In this document: piece by piece, positions 55,721-64,000 of the stretch | Position numbering within the stretch: the stretch's first letter is position 1 | Layout: each line of letters begins with the position of its first letter | Assembly (NCBI GenBank): GCA_048498995.1 | Contig: JBEHWX010000015.1 | Span: forward strand, 617-64,616 | Origin: Bacteroidota bacterium | GTDB taxonomy: Bacteria > Bacteroidota > Ignavibacteria > OLB7 | Direction: 5' to 3' | DNA: 64,000 bases | Notes under the pieces: generated by a model | Seen by the model: only the letters and a program-made list of their open reading frames with translations | Databases searched by the model: none | Told to the model about the DNA's origin: nothing | Made by a program: the position numbers and the translations under genes

Positions 55721-57010
55721 CTATTCGACATGGATGGGAACACACCGTGCTCCGGCTCTCCCGCCCCACCGCGCGAAGTAGAGCCCGGACGGCATGGCGC
55801 CGGTATCCCACCGATAGCGCCGACGCCCCGACTCATCCAATGTCCCACCTTCAAGCGTTGCGACGACGCGCCCGAGGAGATCGATGACCTCAACACGAGC
55901 CGCGACGTCATCGGGATCGGGGATGGCGATAGTCACGGTCGCATGCCGCGTCGGGTTCGGCGCCACGAGCGCGGGAAGCTCCGGTGCCGCACGCGGTACC
56001 CCCGACGACTGGGCACGATAGGCGAGGATCACGAAGTTCGTCGAGACCGTGTAGGCATGGCCGACCGAGGGATAGGCTAGGTAGAGCAGATTCGTGATGT
56101 CGGCCGTGTCGAACCCCGTCTGCTGCTGTATCCACGCCCGCCCGCCGTCGGATGTCCGCAGGATCTTGCCGTTACCTCCCACCGCGATGCCGTTGCGATT
56201 ATCGACGAAGGCCACGTTCCTGAGTCCGAACGCCTGGGGAATGGCCTGATAGACCTGATACTCCCAGCTATGTCCCCCATCGGTCGTCGCGGCGATGATA
56301 TCCTTCTCGAGGTCGCCGACGCCGGTGCGCTCACCCCCGACGGCCCAGCCATGCATCCGATCCGGGAATGCGATCGCCAGACAGTTTCGGAGTTGGGGCG
56401 TCACGATGAACTCCCACGTCTTCCCTCCATCCATTGAACGTCCGAGGGCGGTCTCATCCTTTGACTTCAGTCGGATAACAACCGTTTCAGAATCGATGAG
56501 CTGAACAGGGAAAATTGCGAATCCACCGAGGCTATCCGGCAGTGTGATGTCTACCGAGTTCCAGCTGGCACCTCCATCTTCGGTTTTGAACAGAGAGCGA
56601 GGAGCGGCCGAGAGATATCCGAGATCACCTCTGAAGGAGAGGCCGAACGCCTGCGAGCCCCCGACGGGGAGCCGTGTCGTATCCCAGGAGGCACCATCGT
56701 TCAGTGTTCTCAGCACGATACCGCTATCACATACCACGAAGAACACGCCGACCTTCGGATGAGCGAGCGTCCGGTAGAATCGCTTGGTGGGCTTGTCAGG
56801 AAAAATCAGCGAGTCGTAGAGGATGCCCTTCCAGCTTCGCCCTCCATCGGTACTCCGACGCAACAGACTTTTGTAGCCGGAGGAGTCGCCGATCACCGCG
56901 CAGTGGATACTATCGGCGCAGGCGATGCCGCGAAATATGCACTCGCAGGTAGAGTCAATATGCACCCATTCGCCTATCTGTCCCGATAGACAACTCGGCC
57001 AGGCAAAGGA
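55721..57010 (-). repeat. Near-identical ~1.3 kb direct duplication; partner 60036..61325
   Basis: Long stretches are identical at nucleotide level (e.g. ggatgggaacaca...ccgcgcgaagtagag.ccggacggcat), with divergence only at the 5' (signal peptide) end of each gene. Confidence 0.8.
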
Positions 57011-57079
57011 GGCAAAAAACATCACGGCGATAACCGGAGCGAGAATGCTTCGCGGATGCTGCATTGGCAGAAACATCAA
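55721..57079 (-). CDS. BNR/Ycf48-like beta-propeller protein with T9SS C-terminal sorting domain (copy A)
   Basis: Repeated S/T-x-D-G-G-x-S/T-W BNR motifs. C-terminal LVAPNPTRHATVTIAIPDPDD...GLYFARWGGRAGARCVPIHVE is a T9SS CTD. The C-terminal ~430 aa are near-identical to 60032..61423. Confidence 0.75.
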   Translation of the reverse strand: MMFLPMQHPRSILAPVIAVMFFASFAWPSCLSGQIGEWVHIDSTCECIFRGIACADSIHCAVIGDSSGYKSLLRRSTDGGRSWKGILYDSLIFPDKPTKRFYRTLAHPKVGVFFVVCDSGIVLRTLNDGASWDTTRLPVGGSQAFGLSFRGDLGYLSAAPRSLFKTEDGGASWNSVDITLPDSLGGFAIFPVQLIDSETVVIRLKSKDETALGRSMDGGKTWEFIVTPQLRNCLAIAFPDRMHGWAVGGERTGVGDLEKDIIAATTDGGHSWEYQVYQAIPQAFGLRNVAFVDNRNGIAVGGNGKILRTSDGGRAWIQQQTGFDTADITNLLYLAYPSVGHAYTVSTNFVILAYRAQSSGVPRAAPELPALVAPNPTRHATVTIAIPDPDDVAARVEVIDLLGRVVATLEGGTLDESGRRRYRWDTGAMPSGLYFARWGGRAGARCVPIHVE

Positions 57080-57141
57080 GTGGAAGTGTCATTGCGTGGT
57101 CCGCGCACGATGGAGGAGCGCCAACGGACTCGTCCAGCATC

Positions 57142-59385
57142 CTACTCGACCAGGATCAACGCGCTCCGCGTTCCCCCGCTTGCAGCCATCCGCGCCACGT
57201 AGATCCCGGCCGGAACATCCCGCGCGTCCCAGATGAAGGTCCGCTTCCCGGCACCGTCAGTGAGGCTCGTTTCCAGACGAGCCACCAGACTTCCCCTCAC
57301 ATCGACGATGTCGACGGAGGTAACCGACTCTCCTTCCGGAGCACTGATGACGATACGCGTGTCGCGAGCCGGGTTCGGGCGCACCTGGACCGACCAGCCA
57401 TCTTCCGAACGCGGTCGCGGCCGATCCTCCACCACATCCGAAGCATGCTGAAACTCACCGAAGTCCTTCATGGCGAATCCGCTTGGCCCGGTCAGATAGA
57501 CATGCCGGCCGTCATCGCTGTAGATACCGTTGAAATAGAAGGCGGTGTTGGGCGGCGCGCCATTCCACAGATCGAGCTTTCTCCAGGTGAGGCCGGCGTC
57601 GATCGTCTCGTACACACCCGCCCGGTTCCCGACCGCATACGCGAGCGTATCATTGATGAAACGAACGTCCAGGAATCCCATCGATGTGTCGGCAAAAACC
57701 TCGGTCCAGAGCCCCCCACCATCGGAGGTACGGAACATCTGTCCAATGCCACCGCATGCCAGTCCAAGATTCGGAGTCCTGAAGTGAATTCCCCACATCG
57801 ACATACAGGGCGGAACGGATTGCCGCGCCCAAGTCCGACCACTATCACTGGTCTTGTAAATTGCCCCGAATTGGTTATCCAGCGAATCGTACCCGGACGC
57901 CGCGACATAGCCAACCGCGGCCGAAAGAAACGAGTAAGCAAATGGGGATGGGAATGTACTGTCAGTCGAATCGAGAACGACGCCGAACCAAGTCTTGCCT
58001 CGATCGGAGGTCCGGAATACATAGCGGTCGAGGAAGTAGCTGTACCGGCCAAAACCGACCGAGTCCCCCACCATCTCGACACGCCCCACCGTAAACGGAG
58101 ACTTCTGGTACCTGAGATACCACGTCCCCTTCCAGCTCCGACCACCATCCCCCGTGGTGTATACCGAGTCCTGATTGCTGAACACGATCACGCTATCGCG
58201 CGATACCACGATCATCCCACCAAGATCCGCGTTGGTCGAGCCGGTCACCCGACGGTTGTTCCAGGTACGTCCTCCGTCGCTGGAGGAGTAGAATTGCCCG
58301 CGCGTGCCCGTGGCGAACAGATGAAGCGAATCAGCATCGCCCACCTGCTGAAACGTCACCGAGGAGCTGGCGCCCGTGGTCGTCGTCGGCATCGTCGAGA
58401 GCACGCTCCAGCTCAGGCCGCCATCTTCGGACCGTGCTATCAGGTGATTGAGGCCGACAGCCAGGCCAACTCTCGAAGCGCTTGCGGTCATTCCCATAAA
58501 GCCCGCGTAGGTCAATAGTCCCGCGGGCTCGTTTGCCTTCCAGCTGTGCCCGCCATCAAACGATACCATGAGCTTCGATGCGGTGCGTGAGAATCCGACG
58601 GCAATGAGCGTATCGCGCGTGAGATACCGGACCTGACGGAACTGATCGACATCGGGCGGAGCTCCGACCTGCGTCCATGTGCGCCCACCATCGGAGGTTA
58701 GCCCGATGACTCCTTCGGTGCCGACCGTAATGCCATGGAGGGAATCGCGAAAATCGCAGCCTCGCAGAACAACTTGCGCGGGGAATGCGGCCGCCGTCCA
58801 GGAGCCCCCTTCATCCTCACTCCGCAGAACAGTCCCTCCGGTGCCGACCGCGACCAGGGTACCTGGACCGGCACGGACGACCCGCACGAGTAGATTGGAG
58901 GTCGGGGTCGGAATCTGGGTCCAGGTGGCTCCCCCATCGAGCGACCGGATGACGCGTCCCCCCTCTCCCACGGCGACAAGCTCCGTTGCCGAGATCGCGG
59001 TCACGTCGCTCAGGGAAACGGTGGTGGTATCCGTCACCTTACGCCATGTGTCACCGGCATCGGTGGTACGAAGGATCGTACCTCGGGCGCCGACCGCTAC
59101 CCCGACCATGCGACTGGCGAAGGCAATGCCCTGAAGTCGCTCGCCAATCGGAGATGCACGATAGGACCACCGACGGCCACCGTCGTCCCCCACCATGATC
59201 TTTCCTTGCCCGCCGACCGCGACGAAGGTCTCGGCGTCCCGCGTTGCCACCGCGTAGAAATCGCTGCTCGGCCACTGCCACGAAACCTGGGCCGGAACCG
59301 GCGATACCACGCCGATCAGGATCCCCACGAGCAGCAGAGCCGGACGATACCACCCCCAGAGGATCTCGATGGATGCGCGATTCAT
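57142..59385 (-). CDS. Large BNR/Ycf48-like multi-propeller protein with T9SS C-terminal sorting domain
   Basis: 747 aa with a signal peptide and more than 10 DGG(x)(S/T)W motifs. CTD VQVRPNPARDTRIVISAP...GIYVARMAASGGTRSALILVE. Confidence 0.75.
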   Translation of the reverse strand: MNRASIEILWGWYRPALLLVGILIGVVSPVPAQVSWQWPSSDFYAVATRDAETFVAVGGQGKIMVGDDGGRRWSYRASPIGERLQGIAFASRMVGVAVGARGTILRTTDAGDTWRKVTDTTTVSLSDVTAISATELVAVGEGGRVIRSLDGGATWTQIPTPTSNLLVRVVRAGPGTLVAVGTGGTVLRSEDEGGSWTAAAFPAQVVLRGCDFRDSLHGITVGTEGVIGLTSDGGRTWTQVGAPPDVDQFRQVRYLTRDTLIAVGFSRTASKLMVSFDGGHSWKANEPAGLLTYAGFMGMTASASRVGLAVGLNHLIARSEDGGLSWSVLSTMPTTTTGASSSVTFQQVGDADSLHLFATGTRGQFYSSSDGGRTWNNRRVTGSTNADLGGMIVVSRDSVIVFSNQDSVYTTGDGGRSWKGTWYLRYQKSPFTVGRVEMVGDSVGFGRYSYFLDRYVFRTSDRGKTWFGVVLDSTDSTFPSPFAYSFLSAAVGYVAASGYDSLDNQFGAIYKTSDSGRTWARQSVPPCMSMWGIHFRTPNLGLACGGIGQMFRTSDGGGLWTEVFADTSMGFLDVRFINDTLAYAVGNRAGVYETIDAGLTWRKLDLWNGAPPNTAFYFNGIYSDDGRHVYLTGPSGFAMKDFGEFQHASDVVEDRPRPRSEDGWSVQVRPNPARDTRIVISAPEGESVTSVDIVDVRGSLVARLETSLTDGAGKRTFIWDARDVPAGIYVARMAASGGTRSALILVE

Positions 59386-59424
59386 ATATCCGAAATGCCG
59401 GCATCGAAATAATCGAGGCTCACG

Positions 59425-60028
59425 CTACCTGACCAGGATCATGACTCCATCCATATCGGTATAGGATGCGCAGCGAATGAAATAGGCGCCGGCAGGTACC
59501 TGGCTCGTGTCCCAGGACACGATGAGAGCACTATCTCCGCTACGTGATGTCAGTGAACCTGACCTGAAGCAACGCGATTTCGCTGGGCGATGGAACGACC
59601 GACCAGGTGGCGCCGTTATCCCCGGAGCGAAGTATGCGTCCCGCACCGACCGCGACATACTCCGTGGACGATATCGCCGTCACATCATATAACGATGCCG
59701 CCCTCGTGTCACCCACTCGTACCCAGGTGTCGCCGGCGTCGGAAGTCCGAAGGATGACACCGCGATCGCCGACGGCCACGCCATGGCGCCGATCCCCGAA
59801 TGCGATGCCGGATAGCCGGGACCGGACCGGAGCATCCCGAAACGACCAGGATCGTCCGCCATCGGTGCCGGACATAATCCTGCCATAGTCACCGACCGCG
59901 AAATACGTGTCCGCATCGGTGGCTGCCACATCATATATATCGCCGCTCACCACCTGCCACGACTCTTGCGCATGCGCCGGAAGCCATGCCAGCAGCAGAA
60001 CAACAATTATCGATTTGACGCCAGGCAT
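59425..60028 (-). pseudogene. Decayed copy of the BNR/Ycf48-like T9SS cargo gene (N-terminal fragment + frameshifted CTD)
   Basis: ORF 59540..60028 encodes a signal peptide plus ~140 aa homologous to the N-terminus of the 747-aa protein. An overlapping ORF 59425..59658, in another frame, ends with a CTD-like ...VPAGAYFIRCASYTDMDGVMILVR. Together this is consistent with an internal deletion plus frameshift. Confidence 0.5.
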
Positions 60029-60031
60029 ACA

Positions 60032-61423
60032 TTACTCGACATGGATGGGAACACACTGGGCCCCGTCTCTCCCACTCCACCGCGCGAAGTAGAGGCCGGA
60101 CGGCATCGCGCCGGTATCCCACCGATAGCGCCGACGCCCCGACTCATCCAATGTCCCACCTTCAAGCGTTGCGACGACGCGCCCGAGGAGATCGATGACC
60201 TCAACACGAGCCGCGACGTCATCGGGATCGGGGATGGCGATAGTCACGGTCGCATGCCGCGTCGGGTTCGGCGCCACGAGCGCGGGAAGCTCCGGTGCCG
60301 CACGCGGTACCCCCGACGACTGGGCACGATAGGCGAGGATCACGAAGTTCGTCGAGACCGTGTAGGCATGGCCGACCGAGGGATAGGCTAGGTAGAGCAG
60401 ATTCGTGATGTCGGCCGTGTCGAACCCCGTCTGCTGCTGTATCCACGCCCGCCCGCCGTCGGATGTCCGCAGGATCTTGCCGTTACCTCCCACCGCGATG
60501 CCGTTGCGATTATCGACGAAGGCCACGTTCCTGAGTCCGAACGCCTGGGGAATGGCCTGATAGACCTGATACTCCCAGCTATGTCCCCCATCGGTCGTCG
60601 CGGCGATGATATCCTTCTCGAGGTCGCCGACGCCGGTGCGCTCACCCCCGACGGCCCAGCCATGCATCCGATCCGGGAATGCGATCGCCAGACAGTTTCG
60701 GAGTTGGGGCGTCACGATGAACTCCCACGTCTTCCCTCCATCCATTGAACGTCCGAGGGCGGTCTCATCCTTTGACTTCAGTCGGATAACAACCGTTTCA
60801 GAATCGATGAGCTGAACAGGGAAAATTGCGAATCCACCGAGGCTATCCGGCAGTGTGATGTCTACCGAGTTCCAGCTGGCACCTCCATCTTCGGTTTTGA
60901 ACAGAGAGCGAGGAGCGGCCGAGAGATATCCGAGATCACCTCTGAAGGAGAGGCCGAACGCCTGCGAGCCCCCGACGGGGAGCCGTGTCGTATCCCAGGA
61001 GGCACCATCGTTCAGTGTTCTCAGCACGATACCGCTATCACATACCACGAAGAACACGCCGACCTTCGGATGAGCGAGCGTCCGGTAGAATCGCTTGGTG
61101 GGCTTGTCAGGAAAAATCAGCGAGTCGTAGAGGATGCTCTTCCAGCTCCGCCCCCCATCGGTACTCCGACGCAACAGGCTTTTGTAGCCGGAGGAGTCGC
61201 CGATCACCGCACAATGGATACTGTCGGCGCAGGCTATGCCGCGAAATATGCACTCGCAGGTAGAGTCAATATGCACCCATTCGCCTATCTGTCCCGATAG
61301 ACAACTCGGCCAGGCAAAGCAGGCAAGAAATAGAAGCAACGCGATAAATGAGCTCCGACCCCCAATTCGCCGAAGCAGCAGTAACGCTATAGATATTGAA
61401 ATGCTCAGTAGATTCATGTTCAA
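60032..61423 (-). CDS. BNR/Ycf48-like beta-propeller protein with T9SS CTD (copy A', recent duplicate)
   Basis: 463 aa. Nucleotides ~60036..61325 are nearly identical to ~55721..57010; only the N-terminal signal region differs. Confidence 0.75.
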   Translation of the reverse strand: MNMNLLSISISIALLLLRRIGGRSSFIALLLFLACFAWPSCLSGQIGEWVHIDSTCECIFRGIACADSIHCAVIGDSSGYKSLLRRSTDGGRSWKSILYDSLIFPDKPTKRFYRTLAHPKVGVFFVVCDSGIVLRTLNDGASWDTTRLPVGGSQAFGLSFRGDLGYLSAAPRSLFKTEDGGASWNSVDITLPDSLGGFAIFPVQLIDSETVVIRLKSKDETALGRSMDGGKTWEFIVTPQLRNCLAIAFPDRMHGWAVGGERTGVGDLEKDIIAATTDGGHSWEYQVYQAIPQAFGLRNVAFVDNRNGIAVGGNGKILRTSDGGRAWIQQQTGFDTADITNLLYLAYPSVGHAYTVSTNFVILAYRAQSSGVPRAAPELPALVAPNPTRHATVTIAIPDPDDVAARVEVIDLLGRVVATLEGGTLDESGRRRYRWDTGAMPSGLYFARWSGRDGAQCVPIHVE

Positions 61424-61491
61424 GGAGCAGCTCCGTCACATTGAGTTGGATGGGACCAACAAGCTTAGACGGCCACGTCTCAATGGAATGA

Positions 61492-62403
61492 TCAATGCCT
61501 CACGTCGACCAACCCAGAAAATTGCAGCCGGCCTGATGCGCTCAAAACATACGCATATGTACCGGCAGGAAGACCGCCAACCTCACACTCGATGCGTTGA
61601 CTCCTGTCCCGGCTCGGGGGTACTTCAATTCGACGCACCAGCCGGCCACTCAGGTCGTAGAGCTCGAGCTGCGATTCACCCTCCCAAGTGGGAACATATT
61701 CAAAGCCGAGCACATTCGCCGCCGGATTTGGGTTTATGGAAATCTGGAGGTGTGAAGAAACGCCACTTTCTCCTCGCAACGCCGGCTTGTTGCCACTACC
61801 ACTGAAGGCGAATCCGAGCGACTCGCATGCGAAGTTCGGACAGGAGTCGGGGCATGTTACATTATCGCTCGTAGCTCCCTGCAGGAGTAGGTGCTTTGAT
61901 TTACCTCCCAGGCTATCGATGCATACCTTGAAATCGACCCAGCAGCATTGTCCATCGGAACAGGGATGATGTACGAAGATGGCTCCGAATGTACCACCGA
62001 AATTGTAGTAATGAGTCCAGCATGAAGACGTTGAAACACGCCAGTTATCGGCACATTCACCTTTCCGCTCTGGCGCAAATCCCATCGGATTATTGGCTAC
62101 CAACCAGTCTATGGCCTCTCGCACGAGCACGGGAGAAGGGCAGGATATCCCAGGTACGATGTGCTCCATAATCAGCACGATCGAGAATTCCTGCTTGCCG
62201 CATGCAGTCCTCCACGAAACCAGAATGGACATTCTGCAGCCACTCGCACCATTGAACGTGAACATCTTGGGACCGGTCCAGGGTAGTGCGGAGTCCGGAC
62301 AGGTAACATCGCACGGTGTGCCAGGCTGCGGCACCTGAGCATGAAGATTTGTCGTAACGAATGCCAGCAGCGTGGCCAGAAGAAGGACATACTTCTGAAT
62401 CAT
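61492..62403 (-). CDS. Cys-rich secreted protein with T9SS C-terminal sorting domain, low-GC
   Basis: Signal peptide MIQKYVLLLATLLAFVTTNLHA, about 20 Cys, CTD ISINPNPAANVLGFEY...GTYAYVLSASGRLQFSGLVDVRH. Local GC ~52-55% versus ~68% background. Confidence 0.65.
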   Translation of the reverse strand: MIQKYVLLLATLLAFVTTNLHAQVPQPGTPCDVTCPDSALPWTGPKMFTFNGASGCRMSILVSWRTACGKQEFSIVLIMEHIVPGISCPSPVLVREAIDWLVANNPMGFAPERKGECADNWRVSTSSCWTHYYNFGGTFGAIFVHHPCSDGQCCWVDFKVCIDSLGGKSKHLLLQGATSDNVTCPDSCPNFACESLGFAFSGSGNKPALRGESGVSSHLQISINPNPAANVLGFEYVPTWEGESQLELYDLSGRLVRRIEVPPSRDRSQRIECEVGGLPAGTYAYVLSASGRLQFSGLVDVRH

Positions 62404-62797
62404 GGTGGATCCTCGTTCAACATTCCTTGGTGGATGAGGCCATACGGATTAGCAACCGAAGGGCAGGTCCCTCTATGGGTAAGCATAGATCCTTCCCCTA
62501 CGAACGACAAACGGTGTTACATGATTGCACGCTCGCTTGCGCACGCTGAAGACGTGCGCCTACCGATGTGCGTTTCCGATACGCGCCTGAGCGCGATCAG
62601 TCAAATGCAGGGACTCCAATCGGCCCCGCATCCATTCTCGCGCGCGTGGAGAGCGCCGCAGAGGGTTACACCCAGTCAGGGACTCCCTCCGGTCCGCCCG
62701 GCTCCGAGCGATGGATCGACGTGAGAGGACCGCGACGAATATACAATCGCCGACTCCAACAATCCAAACGTATACTAACGAGAAAACGTGGTCGTGG

Positions 62798-64000
62798 TCA
62801 GCTCAGCATGAGCGGAAGGTCGGCGGGGGTGAGGCCGCGGTCGAGAAACTCGTCGAGGTAGGCTCGGAACGGGGGGCGCTCCGCCGCGGAACACGCCTCC
62901 AGAAAGAGCAGGAACAGCTCGCGCCCCGTCTCGTAGTCGGAGCGCCAGAATCCGTCGTGCTCGTGCTCTCCCGGCTCGCGGCGACGCTCCCGCGCCTCGA
63001 TCCGCTCCAGCGCCGCGCGGCGCAGCGACGGGTCGCGCAGCAGCCGGTCGATGAACCGCACCGCCACGAATCGATACTCGCGCGGAAGCGCGTCGATCGG
63101 ACGGATCTCCATGTAGCCACGCGCGCGGACGTCCGGAAAGAGCGTGCTCAGGTGGATGCGCCAGTCGCTCCAGTCGGGATGCCCCTGCTCCCCCACGCCG
63201 CCGAGCCACTCGCGAAACGTCATCGGCCGCTCCGGGAGCTGGAACGCGCCGCCGCCGGCATCGATCATCATCACCGACGCGTCGAGCGCGAATCGGAGAT
63301 AGTCGGCAACGGGGTCGAGATCGGGACGGTCGTAGAGTCGGCCGGTGCGGGTTGGATCGAGTCGCCGCCAGATCTCGTAGCGGAAGCTCCGGTACCGCCG
63401 ACGATCGCACACGGCCGGCGCGTTGGCGAACATGGCGTTCAGCGATGGCGCGATCATGTTCGCGAGGCGCCAGCGCTCGGCCGCCTCCTCGGTGCCGCCG
63501 AAATCGAGATTCACCTGGAGCGCGCAGGTGGCGCGCATCATTTTCCGGCCGAAGCGACCGATCGCCGAGAAGTGCTGGTCCATGGCGATGTAGCGGGGCT
63601 TGGCGATTTCCAGGCGAGGACGTCCCTTGCAGTAGGCGTTGTAACCACGCGCCGCAAGGGAAATTCCCTCACCGGCCCCCTCCCGCGAGATCACGTCGAC
63701 GAAGCGCTCGAGATCGTCGATCGCCTCGGAGGCGGAGCCGAACGGCGTGCCGGAATATTCGATCTGTCCGGCCGGTTCCAGCGTAAGGCAACCGCCATCC
63801 GGCAGGCGCGCCGAAAGATTATCGTAGGGATCGGCCTCGACCTCCCACGCGCATCGCGAGCCGAGCTCGCGCAGCCAGGTAAGGAGGCCACGCTCGGCGC
63901 CGCGATCGCGAAGGCGGAGCGCGCGCAGCCCATCCGGCGCGCGACGAACCGGCTGGAGCTCCAGCTCCAGTCCGACGCGGTCGCGCGTCGACGTGGCTCC
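62798..64000 (-). CDS. Glutamate-cysteine ligase family 2 (GCS2/YbdK-like carboxylate-amine ligase), 5'-truncated at window edge
   Basis: The frame stays open on the minus strand to the window end (...RVGLELELQPVRRAPDGLRA...). Downstream blocks typical of GCS2: MRATCALQVNLDFGG, YMEIRPID. Confidence 0.6.
   Translation of the reverse strand, partial: GATSTRDRVGLELELQPVRRAPDGLRALRLRDRGAERGLLTWLRELGSRCAWEVEADPYDNLSARLPDGGCLTLEPAGQIEYSGTPFGSASEAIDDLERFVDVISREGAGEGISLAARGYNAYCKGRPRLEIAKPRYIAMDQHFSAIGRFGRKMMRATCALQVNLDFGGTEEAAERWRLANMIAPSLNAMFANAPAVCDRRRYRSFRYEIWRRLDPTRTGRLYDRPDLDPVADYLRFALDASVMMIDAGGGAFQLPERPMTFREWLGGVGEQGHPDWSDWRIHLSTLFPDVRARGYMEIRPIDALPREYRFVAVRFIDRLLRDPSLRRAALERIEARERRREPGEHEHDGFWRSDYETGRELFLLFLEACSAAERPPFRAYLDEFLDRGLTPADLPLMLS

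Overview
This 64 kb window is a high-GC (~68%) stretch of bacterial chromosome, most likely from the FCB group (Bacteroidota/Gemmatimonadota-like). The evidence is a DUF3276 PUR-like protein, a porU-porV type IX secretion (T9SS) pair, and at least eight proteins ending in T9SS C-terminal sorting domains. Coding density is high and most genes run on the minus strand. Core metabolism and housekeeping genes:
- a thiolase (5'-truncated at the window edge) and a 3-hydroxyacyl-CoA-dehydrogenase-like protein
- ribH
- a DprE1/DprE2-like FAD-oxidase plus SDR pair
- a cystathionine gamma-synthase family enzyme and a sugar ABC substrate-binding protein
- secA, an MsbA-like ABC exporter, and the heat-shock genes hrcA-grpE-dnaJ
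- an isolated nuoL-nuoM-(permease)-nuoN module
- lpd, a DinB-like protein and lipB
- a GCS2 carboxylate-amine ligase (truncated at the window edge)

Accessory content is substantial:
- A ~9.5 kb island (28.1-38.2 kb) is bracketed by two ~90% identical DUF4402-like secreted-protein genes that share their flanking DNA. It carries two radical-SAM enzymes, two tandem muconolactone-isomerase-like proteins, a SnoaL-like cyclase, a HEAT-repeat protein, a VOC protein, an SDR, a NIPSNAP-like protein and an adenylate-forming (PaaK/F390-like) enzyme.
- A Cys-rich secreted ORF carries an in-frame TGA inside a C-x-x-U context with a hairpin downstream, making it a candidate selenoprotein.
- A tandem array of BNR/Ycf48-like T9SS cargo genes includes a ~1.3 kb near-perfect recent duplication and a decayed copy.
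- A low-GC Cys-rich T9SS cargo gene sits next to that array.
- An ion-transporter-superfamily permease is translationally coupled between nuoM and nuoN.

No rRNA or CRISPR array was recognised, and no tRNA was found in the one tRNA-like stretch examined; the window was not otherwise scanned for tRNAs. Because of the high GC content, many long antisense ORFs in the six-frame track are artefacts.
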